A DNA stretch of 63,909 nucleotides, the filler included, from Folioceros fuciformis (lineage: Eukaryota), in NCBI GenBank assembly GCA_049999805.1. It is 5 parts of 3 records of this genome, joined end to end, with 100 filler letters (N's around TTAATTAATTAA, not from the genome) between each part and the next. Parts side by side here need not be neighbours in the genome. Positions count along the whole stretch, not along the records: positions 1 to 28,982 come from JBNGIO010006373.1; positions 29,083 to 43,134 come from JBNGIO010006373.1; 3 more parts are not named here. One strand, given 5' to 3'. A program made the position numbers and the translations under genes. The notes under the pieces are model-generated. The model saw only the letters and a list, made by a program, of their open reading frames with translations, had not been told where the DNA came from and did not search any database. Shown here piece after piece: positions 28,341 to 39,340 of this stretch (within the stretch, counting starts at the first letter, position 1; the number at the start of each line of letters is the position of its first letter).

Positions 28341-29326
28341 AACAGAATGAACCCAAGATGATGGCAAGCCTGCGCAAAGCAGCACTAAATGTTCACAACG
28401 TTGAATTCCAAATCATACCCCTCATTAGAGGCCCTAAAAGCCAACTACAGGATTCGTTTCGAACGTACTGCTAGGGACTTGTGGCTTGTCGCTAAGCTTG
28501 CGAACACTCAAACGAGGAGCGCTCTCTCAAAGCGCTAACTGCCTCGTTGAATCGGCTGTCAGGCACCCCCGGCAAAGCACTCCGTCGTCACTCGGCTACC
28601 ACGCTGGAATCCTCGTCATCCTAGCACCCCGGGATGACTTGAAAGTAAACATCCACCTGAACACAGGGGGCACTGCGCACCTGTGACAGACTCCTTCCAC
28701 CAATACTGTCGATCTATTTTCCAGTCGCGACGGTGGGGTGTGAACCTGAAGCGCTTCACAGTCTACCATGCGGGATGTAAGAAACTGGAGACCAGACGAG
28801 CAGGAGGAGTGTATGCGTCCATGGTAAAAAGCTGGCACCATTGAGGAAAAGCGGGAGTGAACAATCGGCGGAAAGGACTGAAGCAACAATCTGCACCCCT
28901 GCCAAAAGTTAAGAGGACCACAAGAACTGTTTGTAAGCGCTCTGAAAGAGCCGTTGAGGCTGATCCGCTCTCGCTACCACACNNNNNNNNNNNNNNNNNN
29001 NNNNNNNNNNNNNNNNNNNNNNNNNNTTAATTAATTAANNNNNNNNNNNNNNNNNNNNNNNNNNNNNNNNNNNNNNNNNNNNATTTTTGATTAAATGAAT
29101 ATGCAGATTAAATCAACATGTTGATCAATTACATCTGAAATGTATATTAAAGAATATTAATTAATAATTTCTAAAAGTGAGTTTTTTAAAATAAACTCAA
29201 AAGACACGTCTAATAGGCGTAACCCTAACCAAGCGTTGTGACCTTATTAATCTCACTTAAGCTAACCAAACGTGCCCTAAATATAATCAGCATATGTATG
29301 CGAATACTCTTTAACATGTGAATCCA

Positions 29327-29963
29327 GCCTTAGTCTTCCCCCTCAACACAACGGGTTCTGAAACCATGGAGATCTTTACTTCCTTTAGTCTTCCCCCTCA
29401 CCACAACGGGTTCTGAAACCACGTATGATCTTAAGCATAGTCCTGGCTTCCATCAACTATGATCTTCACAGTCCGGCTTCCACTCACTAGAAGTCATCAA
29501 CTATGATCTCCATAGCTTCCACTCACTACAGGTGATAACTATGATCTACGTGGCTTTTACTCGCTACACCGCTTTTGGAATTCTGGCTCACAATTAAGCA
29601 TGCTCGGCCACACAGCTTGCAGCTTTTACTCGCTACACCGCTTTTGGAATTCTGTCTCACAATGAAGCATGCTCGGCTACACAGCCTACAGCGTGTTGTG
29701 CAAAAGTTCTCGGCTTCTTTCGTGGCGAACACTTCCAGGGCTTACTTAACGATTGGCCAGCAATCTTCCTAAGTAAATATTTGTCCCAAAACGCCTTTAT
29801 CCTCTTGGTCGAGTTGTCTGCCCCAATTTACCTCTTGCTTAGAGTACTTCCCTCTGAATGCTACTGTCCAGTTCAAGTCCTCTATAAAGTCGAGTTGTCT
29901 GCCTCAATTTACCTCTTGCTTAGAGCACTTCTCTCTGAATGTTATTGTCCAGTTCAAGTCCTC
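29327..29963. repeat. Cluster of short direct duplications (LTR/TE-like)
   Basis: TAGTCTTCCCC(C)TCA.CACAACGGGTTCTGAAACCA x2, GCTTTTACTCGCTACACCGCTTTTGGAATTCTG x2, and an ~81-bp GTCGAGTTGTCTGCC...CAAGTCCTCT x2. Confidence 0.75.
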
Positions 29964-30136
29964 TTTACAGAACGAACCTAAGGCAAGATGCTGCAAGTTT
30001 TCAAACCCTAAGATATGTTCATGGGTGCATAAGAATGGTTAGCAAGAAACACTGCAAGTGTATCGGACCTATTGCTCCATGAAATTGAGAAGTGCACTTC
30101 CTAAAGCCGTGCACTCATTGTAGAAACTGTGCACTT

Positions 30137-30318
30137 GAGATCGAGGGTTGCTGAAGACCCTTGAACTTGAGATTGGGGTTGTTGAAGACCCTTGAACCAG
30201 AGATCGAGGTTGCTGAAGACCCTTGAACTTGAGATGGGGGTTGCTGAAGACCCTTGAAATGGAGATCGGGGTTGCTGAAGACTCTTCAAGTGGAAAGGGG
30301 GTTGCTAAAGACCCTTGA
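30137..30318. repeat. ~30-bp minisatellite, ~6 copies
   Basis: GAGATCGGGGTTGCTGAAGACCCTTGAA(CTT) unit repeated. Confidence 0.85.
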
Positions 30319-31419
30319 GAACCATAACACTCATAAGGAGGACCTACTGCAAGCGCATGGAACAAAAGATACGCTTACGTTTACCATCTACCAAAAGCCG
30401 AAGACTAAAAGCCCGTTCATGCTTTATAGCCCGAGAATGCACTTCGCCTCAAGTGCAGCTCAGAAAATACGAAAGTATTCAAACTGAAGTACATATAGAT
30501 TTGTATACCACATACGTATTTCACAGGGATGTAGAGGACGAGTTTGGTGACAACCGGGCCAACAAACGACGATGGATTAAAAACTAACCGATGGAGTGGA
30601 GCCGGTGACAGGGCACGTAACGACGAATCCCGCACGCCTCTCGAGAAGAGGTAGTAAATTTCAGGGGAGGCTTAGGCGCTGGCGCAGCCGTGGGGGCATC
30701 TCGAGACGGCCGCTCTCCGTTCACCCGGTGCTATGAACGTACATAGAGTCACAGAACGCAGTTACGCTGGACCGGACCCACCCCGCCCGATTCTAATTCG
30801 CTGCAGGACCGGGAGTCTCCCATGCACCCCGGCGTGCGCCTCAGTCTCCTCAGCCATAAATGCTTGGCGCGTGTCATGTAAACTCGTGTCATGTTTCTGT
30901 CGCTCAGCCTGCCCGTCGGATCTTGACCCTAAACCCGGGAACCCCCTGAGCCCTAAGTCGCGTGACTTAAGCCCTAGACCCACAGCCCAGCGAGCGCATG
31001 CAGGCGCAGGGTTCGAAGTTTTCAAACCGGAGGAGCCGGGACGGGACGGAGAGGAGAGGAAGGAGGCGGGGGTGGAGGAGGAGCAAGGACGAGGAAGGAC
31101 AGCAGGCAGGCGGGAGGCACGCCGGACGGGTGGGCAATGAATGCACAGCTTGTCGTACTGTAAACCCCTGAGCGGGTCGGTTACATAGGAAACGGCCTTT
31201 CTCGGAATTACTATGTGCGTCGGCTTTACCCCAACACCAGCTGGTGGCAGTGGAGGCGACGGACGATGGATCGTGCGAGAGGAGTCGGATGACTTCGATC
31301 GCCTCCCTCCCTCGAGTGCGAGTCCCCGTCTAGTTGCCAGTGCGGCAGTGTCGAGTGGGACACCATTTGCAGCAGCATCAGCAGCAGCAGAAACAGAAGA
31401 GAGCTGGGAGGCGGCGCCC

Positions 31420-34161
31420 ATGGCGTGCACGTTCTCGCATTCGGGGCTGGATGGATCCGGGACGGGCCCGGAGCGCGTGTGGAATCTCTTGGCGCACCCG
31501 GCCTTGCCGATGCAGATGGTCGGGCACATAATGAAGCACGCGTTCCAGAGCGCGGCTCCGCGGACCAGCGCGCTGCTCTCGCTCAATGCTGTGCCAGGTT
31601 CGGGGTCGGGCTCGCAGCAGGGCAAGCCCCTGCTGCAGTCGCTGGCTGGCGCGCTGCAGGGCAAGAAGAAGAACAAGAAGTCGTGGCTGGCGCAGCTGCA
31701 ATCCGGGACCGCCATCTACCCTTGCATCTGCATCTCGGCGGGCCAGCATTCCGACACCAGCGCCGCGTACCTGCTCTGGCCGACCTCTGGTCGAGTCAAC
31801 CATGGCAGCCCTGAGGAGCGCGCTTCGTACTTCCACGGCCTCCAGAAGGATGTACTCAGCGAGCAGGATGCTGCTTCCTTCCCCCGCCCCCGGGGCCACC
31901 AGGCCACTACGCTGCTCGAGCTCATGACGGTGCGCGCCTTTCACAGCAAGGCCCTCCGCCGCCACAGCCTTGGGACCGCGCTGGGATTCAGGATTCGCGG
32001 CGGAGTCCTCACCTCCACCCCCGCCATCGTGGTTTTTGTAGCCAGGAAGGTTCATATGCAGTGGTTGCTCGACGTCCAGCGCTTGCCCAGCATTCTGGAG
32101 GTGAGGGGACTTTCTAATCATTTCCTTGCCTGGCTGTGGGACTCATTTTCTTTGGCTTTGCCTTGCTTCACTTTGCTCCCTGCCTCTTTTCATCTCTGGC
32201 TTGTACCTTTGCTGTGGTTCGTGCTCCAGCAGGGGCCCGGAGGCGTATGGTGTGATGTGGATGTGCTTGAATTTTCGCACTACACGGCTCCTACCTCAGC
32301 TCCCAGGGAGCCTATTCATGGCGAGCTGGTGGAAGGTCTGAGGGGGAACGATCCTTACATTGGACCCGGTTCGCAGGTGCACATTTTACCCGCCAGGTTG
32401 CGTCTATGTAACCGGGACTCACTCCTCCTCCTCATCCTGTTCCCTTGCCTGTTTCAATGCATTATCCCTTTCCATAACCTTAACAGGCTGCCTTGACCCG
32501 GAAAAACTCTTATGTCTCATTCTCCCTCGCCTTCACACTTTCCTCACCTGCCCCCTTTTCCCAATCAAGTCCCGGCTCATGCTGGGGCTCGTTCTCTGCA
32601 TTTCTTTCAAAAGTTAGTGCTGTTCACCGTTTGGAGCGTCTTGGTTACACGAGCGAATTCCTACCGGTCTTTCTGTTGTTTTTTCTGAGGCTGTTTTTAA
32701 AACTCGCTTCAGGTTGCGAGCCAGGAGACGTACGGAACGCTAGGGGCCGTAGTCAGGAGCCAGACGGGGCTGAAGCAGTTGGGGTTTTTGACGAACCGCC
32801 ACGTGGCCGTGGACCTTGACTATCCTAACCAAAAAATGTTCCATCCGCTACCTCCCAAGCTTGGGCCTGGTGTGTTTCTAGGTGCGGTGGAGCGGGCCAC
32901 GTCATTTGTCACGGATGACTTGTGGTATGGCATATTTGCAGGGATGAATCCAGGTCTATCACACCACCACTACCCTCCATGGTTCCCATGTTTCTCTCGG
33001 CATGGCGCATCGGCATTTCCTGACTTTCTTGTGGGCACCCGAAGGTTGTGCGTGGGAAACTACCTAATCGATGCACATGCCGTCGTCTGTGTTTGGAACA
33101 GAGTCGTTTGTACGAGCTGATGGGGCCTTCATTCCTTTTGCTGAAGCTTTGGATCTGGGTAATGTGACAACAACTATCAAGGGGGTTGGGGAAATGGGCG
33201 AGGTCATGGATGTTGACCTTCAGGGCTCTATTGATAGTGTGGTAGGCAAGCCAGTGTTGAAGGTGGGACGGAGCTCGGGTTTGACGAGGGGCGTTATCAT
33301 GGCTTATGCAGTGGAATACAACGACGAGAATGGGATATGCTTTTTCACTGACTTTTTGATCGTCGGCGAGAACAAGCAAAGTTTTGATTTGGAAGGGGAT
33401 AGTGGAAGCCTCATACTCGCAGTACCTACAGAGCCATCTCGGAAACCTAGACCCATCGGTATCATATGGGGGGGCACTGCAAACAGGGGCAGATTGAAGC
33501 TGCGCTATGGGCACGGGCCGGAGAACTGGACGAGTGGAGTTGATTTAGGCCGGCTGTTGAATCTTCTTCAACTTGACCTCGTAACCAGTGGTACTGGTAC
33601 ACTGTTGCCCATGTGTTTGTCGCTTCTTCACACTATAACAGTAATCCTTCTACTGACAGTTACCAATCTGTGTATGCGTGTGCTTAGATGCGGACCTGGA
33701 AGTAGAGGTGGTCCCCCAGTCTCAGGAGTACCTAGGTCAGTCCCAAGTACCAGGCAGATAGTTGTAATATGGCCAGTCTCCATACTCTCCATTATGGCAA
33801 GTTGTTAATACATGTGCCCTGGGAAACAGGCAAGAAACAACCCAAGTCTGTGGTGGACCATTCCCTACGACCTGATACTTCCGCCAGGTCATTTCTCACC
33901 TACCCTAGCAGAGAGGGTGAAACACAGGCCGATTCATCCGAATTTACTCCTCGAGGTGCTGAGGGACGGCGGGTCTCCCGCGAGTGGGAAGCGGAGTATC
34001 GTGCTCCGGAGGGTATGGGAATATCTCTGTCTGGCATTTCTCATGGCGAACCTGACTCAGGGTCCAGGCACGATTTCAGGAAGAATGTACAGGAGGATGC
34101 ATCATTAGGCTTGGGCCTATTTGATGGACGTGAAGCCAAGCGAAGACGCTCCAGCACTTGA
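31420..34161 (+). CDS. NAL1: NARROW LEAF 1-like trypsin-family serine protease, multi-exon (an upstream in-frame ATG at 31213 is possible)
   Basis: QATTLLELMTVRAFHSK, SLGTALGFRIR, GPGGVWCDVDV, GFLTNRHVAVDLDYPNQKMFHPLPP, FVRADGAFIPF, FDLEGDSGSL, IIWGGTANRGRLKL. H/D/S triad intact. Confidence 0.93.
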
Positions 34162-35189
34162 TGTGACTTATTGTTTCCTTTTGGTTATCTGCAGAGTTGG
34201 AGCTCCTTGCTCTAGACTAGCGGTCAGGTTCAATCCACTGGTGTAGGCATCATGAAGGTGTCCCAAGGTATGGCGGTTGTGAGATAGAGGCCAACATTGC
34301 TCCGAGAGACCTGTTCCATCTCACATTAGCACTCCAAGCAGGGGAGTTGGTCCGAGCTGAGGAGTTGCTGCCTTGTAAGTTTGTAGTACTCCGGTTGTAA
34401 GAATATGGCCTTCTTAAGTGCGATACTCTGTGACCTGGTTGTATGATTCTTTTCCTTGTGCACTGTATAGTTGCCCATTTGCAATGCGTCGCCTGCGGCT
34501 GGTTGCTGTTTTCTAAGATTTCCCCCTTGTTGGGTGACAGGGAAGGCAGTTGTCTAAATTTGTTGCCGCATGTTCGCAACTTCTGGTGTCACATTTGTCA
34601 TGTCGTAGTTTACGATTACATAGTGAGGAGAGCAGACATGAGTATGGACGTGTCTAAGCATAATGAGCTTCAGAACCAGCTCAGCTCATCTGCAAGCTTG
34701 CAACTTCTCGCCCCAGAATGGCAAGCCTTGTAATACTATTTCGCTCTCTTGCTCCTTGATACCAATTTTTTGTCATCAACTGCCAGACTTTGCTCTTCCC
34801 TCGACACGTTTGCCGCTGCAGGGATGATTCCCATACCTCCCTCCCTCTGGAGTCTAGTATGCGTCTTTCTATTGTTCTTTTCATCAGTTCAATCGCTGCT
34901 GAAGGTGAAAGGGAAAGAATTCCCGTCATATCTCCGTTGCTTCGAGGTTCTCGTTATTCCTGTCCTGTGCAACATGTCCAGTTGATTTAGAACGTGAAAA
35001 GTGAAGGAAATTCTTAGATGATTTCTGTGTGAGGAGACACGGTTTCAGGTGAAGCAGGCACTACTATCTGCAGCCGACGACCTTTTACCAGGGACCCCAG
35101 TTTGATTGGGAATGCTCTTACATGTATGAGGTTGACTGTGCTCGGTCGTGTCCATGTTCCAGTGGATACGAGGTACAAGGAACCGGAAC

Positions 35190-35960
35190 CTAACCTACAC
35201 TGGTTGCAGATCCTCTGCAGTGGATGGTCTTTACCTGGATGGAGTTGGTAAGAGACAGAGCCCTGGCTGCGTACAAAGAATCAGCCTCAGCCGACAACGC
35301 CTTCCATGCTGCATCCACATGCCCTTGATGGGTGAGAGGAGATTCCGCAGCCTTTCGAAGCCACCTACCTGTGCACGGCAGATCCAGAAGGGGGCCTACG
35401 TCACATTCTAGCCCAGCAGGATCCAACGTACACCTCTAGGAGCATGGAGAAACATCGTGTGTCAAAAAAGGCGTGTCCCGTCATGTTGATTTGCTTCCAC
35501 AAGTCTGTAGTTGTGACCATAGCCGTTATCGGTGTCTCCAGAGTGGTTCGAGGCCGGAAGCACACGAGTCCCAGCGACCTAGGGTATGTCGTGATCCTGT
35601 GTGTCATACCACTAACCTCAGGCTGAAACCGATGGATTCTACGTACTAGATTTTCGAAGTGTTCCGCAAGCTTGACGTTGCCGATTCCTGATGTAGCCTC
35701 GTAGATTGGAGATACCATGCATGCGCAGTCGTAGCACCATCCACAGCTTCACAGCCCTGTACTCACCACACTCAGACAGGTGCCATTCGCATGTTGTGGC
35801 ATGGCCTGAAGCGACGACCAACTTCAAGGGGGATTTGCGAGTCTTTGCAGTGCATCACCAAACTCTCTTCCGAAGCCTGGTGATGTCGGAAACACAGAAG
35901 GCCCACATGTTGGAGCTAGAAGGGACTCCAGAAGAAGCAAATTCTTGAGCATTCAGAAGC
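35190..35960 (-). pseudogene. Aromatic L-amino acid (tyrosine/tryptophan) decarboxylase pseudogene, C-terminal half
   Basis: Frameshifted pieces RAVKLWMVLR..GISNLRGYIRN, VKLAEHFENLV, PRSLGLVCFR and SPLTHQGHVDAAWKAL match group II PLP decarboxylase C-terminal motifs in order. Confidence 0.75.
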
Positions 35961-36989
35961 AGAAAGCCTGTCCGGGTTGCTTCCGACATCGCACGCAGTC
36001 TACAAATCTGAGATTCCTAGCCTGCCTAGTGAGCACAAAATCTCCGACTGCCAGCGGCGGTGTGACAGTTTTTCATGTCCGCTACTACCTACGTCCTCTG
36101 ACTGGAAGCCTCGTGCTCGTGGCACGTGGTGCTGAAGCACGAAGCTGCGTGATGGCCATGGCCTTGGGGCCCGGAGGTGATTTCGGGTCAGTCTTCCAGC
36201 TGCACGTCGTACACCACTGCTGCTCACTGCACGTCGTACCACCACTGGTGCCACCAGAAGTCGTACACCCCCAGTGCTTGCTTCCTTAAGTTACCTCGTA
36301 ATACTATACGCTGTATGCTGCTCGTTCCACTTCAAGAATCTTTAAGCGTGTGTTGACACTGACCAGCATCTTGTGAAATCCGAACTGGACTGCACGTCCA
36401 GATGATCCCTGGGAGCACACTTGAGTCGGTTCCAAGTGTCAGTCATACAGGGAGAATTCGGATACACCCAATCTCGTTTCTTCGGAGCTCTTCCTACTGT
36501 GCTGGAAGTGTCGTTGGCCATGTCAATTACACGTGCAATGTGTGCATACCATATGGAATATCCATCTCGTCATCGTCATCGTCATCGTCATCGTCGCCGT
36601 CGCCGTCGCCGGTGTTCCCTCTTCGATGTCCCTTCCGCAGGCTCCGGCATCTGCTGCGGAGGAAGCAAAACAACCGACTACGTACAGCAATGCTAGGGCT
36701 CCCAGATCCCAAAGAAAACGCCAACAACAAAGACGGGCGCTAATTTGGTGAGAAGAGGCTGTTCCTGTTACTGGCCCCCAATTGTTGTCTGATCGACGGG
36801 CGAATTCCAAATCAGAAGTGTCATTTCGGAGGTGACCATCGATCATAACTAATTTGATGATGAAATACGATTCTCCTGTCCCCGAGTGATGATGATGAGA
36901 TAGATCTGTGAGTACAGGACCTGCAGGGCCTGAAGATCTGTCAAATTTCTCGGATGCTCTACGGTGACAACTGTTGCAGGCTTGCAGGA

Positions 36990-37330
36990 ACCCATTCACT
37001 TCGTCTGATTACTTGTAGACTAGATACAAGCATGCGAGCCTCCAGTAGGATGGAAGTTTTTCAAACCACCCCAGCTCCAGCTGTTGTGAGAATTTTGACA
37101 GTATCCGGCTCAATCTCAGCTGTGCGCCAAGAGGTAACCACAACACAGTCTTCACGGACGAAGACTCTACCCTCATCACGTTGAAGTCGAAGTGCTCAAT
37201 TGCCCTGAACTACTCATCCAGCTCCTTGGTAGCCGAGTCCAGCCTTTCTGGTAACTCTTCCATTGACGTCCACCACCGGCATTCTTCAAGAGAAGCAGTT
37301 GCTGAAGACCTTAGCCGCTCCTCCCTCAAC
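36990..37330 (-). pseudogene. Possible degenerate leucine-rich-repeat gene fragment
   Basis: Manual translation gives SLEECRWWTSMEELPERL and QQLELGWFEKLPS with stops. Weak LRR resemblance only. Confidence 0.2.
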
Positions 37331-38107
37331 TGCACAGGATCCAAGCACAAAGGACCATCAGCAATAATCCGAAACAGACATTAGGACCAGTATCCCGCTT
37401 ATCCCCAGTCCCTCACGGTAACGTTTTCAAGGAACAGGTAACCTGGGCCAAAATGACACACAACAACACCACGTACATAAGATGCCCTCTCAAAGCTTTT
37501 TAGGAGCCTGCACCGGATCCCGCCGGTATATGCCAACATTCTGACGGCACAGACGTCATAAATGAACAAAGGACCGTTGTGACGTGTGCGTTCTGACAAA
37601 AATGGAGGTACAGTACGCAGTAGGTACTGCGACTGCTCTCTTTCATGTCTACCTCCTCTTGCCACCCTTCTTCTTGGATTCTTTCTTTGCCTTGTCATTT
37701 CTTTCAAGGTCTTTCCGTGCCAGTTCTTGGATCTTTTTCAGTTGAAGATCCTTCTCGCACCATACAAGATTCCAAATCAATGGAGTACTTCAATAAGAAT
37801 TGAGTGAAATGTCACAGCAGTGAGTTTAAGATGGCAATCAGCTATGCTTATCCCTCTTGCCTACGGTGCACTAAACCTAAAACTGACCACCATCTGAGCA
37901 AAGGGACACAAGTACGAGTCAAACGAGATACAAAGATGTAGTAACCTTAAGCATGCTTTTCACTATCTTCTTTTCAATGGCTGCGAGCAAATTACATCAA
38001 ATTTTGCTTCATGATAGACGCTTCCTAGTGCACACATCAAGACTGGGTCAGAAGACTCATCATCCTGCCCTAGGTGCACAGGACCTCTGCCAGCAACGTG
38101 ACGATAG

Positions 38108-38661
38108 TTAAACAGCAAGGGGAATCCTGCACCGTCCTGGGTGGCAGGTTTTAACAAACGATTTGCAAGAACGATCAGCAAGGACAGTGGAGCAAAACGT
38201 CTGCATCAACCACGGAATGGTAAAACATCCAAGAGAAACAACAGTGGGACTAACCTGTGCTGTATCGATAGGCTCGTGTGTGTCTTCAGGAACCCATACT
38301 CCAGTTACCGGATCTGGTTTCCACCACTTCTGCTTACTGGGCGTAGGCGACTCTTTGACCCTATCATGATTGGCCCTCTTCCCCGTCTCCAGTATGTCCT
38401 CCCTCTGCGCATCTATAGCAGTCTTGTCGGATCCCTCTCTGGAGCTACTACTCATCCCTCGATTACCACTGCAGAGCGAAGTGATGGGGTTAAAACCTAG
38501 CCGCAGCATTACGCTTCTCCTGTACGCTGCGAACCACATCGGTAAATCGGATGCTGCGTTTGCGTTGCTTACCAATTCCATAATTCGGTGCCGCTCTCAC
38601 TCAATGCCCTGGACGTGCGCAAGAGCATGGCAGCAACGGGAGCGCCATTCACGCCCAGCAT
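38108..38661 (-). CDS. LEA_3 family (LEA5/SAG21-like) protein; exon 1 38661-38573, exon 2 38468-38255, 3' end uncertain
   Basis: W-motif WWKPDPVTGVWVPED. Exon 1 MLGVNGAPVAAMLLRTSRALS resembles an organellar presequence and splices in phase (TG|T). Confidence 0.75.
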
Positions 38662-39340
38662 CTGCCATGGCTGACATGCAACGACCCGTCGAAGCGCAGC
38701 CATGGTTGGTATCAGATCTATCACGATTACCAGCCTGCCTCCCCCCTACTTTAAAGGTAGGTCAGGCTTCTATGTCGGAATGAATTGCTGCGCACACGGA
38801 TGGACGCCTCCTGACAAAGCTATCGTTCGACGGGTATGCGTCTCGTTTAGGGTTTCCTCGCTGGCGAAGGTGGAGCAATTCGCCAAGGCCAGATCGAATC
38901 CGATCGGGTTGACGCCAAGCAAGCTGTAGAAAGTCGTGGAGACTTTTATCAACGCGATTAACGGGTTCAGCTGTTTCCAGAGTTCCGACTCCTTTTCGAT
39001 GAGAAACCACGGCTATACCTAAACAGAGAAGAAGTCTCATTGGATTGAAGACGCGAAAGAAAGGCATCGGATACCCAAGACTTGTGCTAAAATTGATGGC
39101 TCTGTGCTAGTCCATGTGCTCTTGTTCGACTGTTTCGTCCGGAGAATATCGATCTTCTGAGGGAGCAGCATAAGGCTTTGATTCACTTCTTCTTGGTCAG
39201 AATTTTTAGAGATGGTGGCAGGTGAGACTCGGATTTGCTGTAATCTCATCGTTTGTTTGAGGGTACGGCACTCGGAGCTCCTGCCCGCTGTTAGGGTTAT
39301 CTAATGATTGAGGAAAACAGGGCAATGCAGTGGAGATGTC

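Noticed and set aside
29027-29038. TTAATTAATTAA palindrome inside N-runs (also 43179-43190, 57729-57740, 62477-62488)
   Set aside because: Identical 12-mer centred in equal-sized N gaps with stops in all six frames. It is an artificial contig-joining spacer.
30762-31715. 317-aa minus-strand ORF
   Set aside because: Low-complexity GC-rich shadow of NAL1 exon 1 and its upstream region.
22483-35960. Phenylpropanoid/aromatic biosynthetic gene cluster (C4H plus decarboxylase)
   Set aside because: The decarboxylase is dead, unrelated genes intervene, and a spacer gap separates them.
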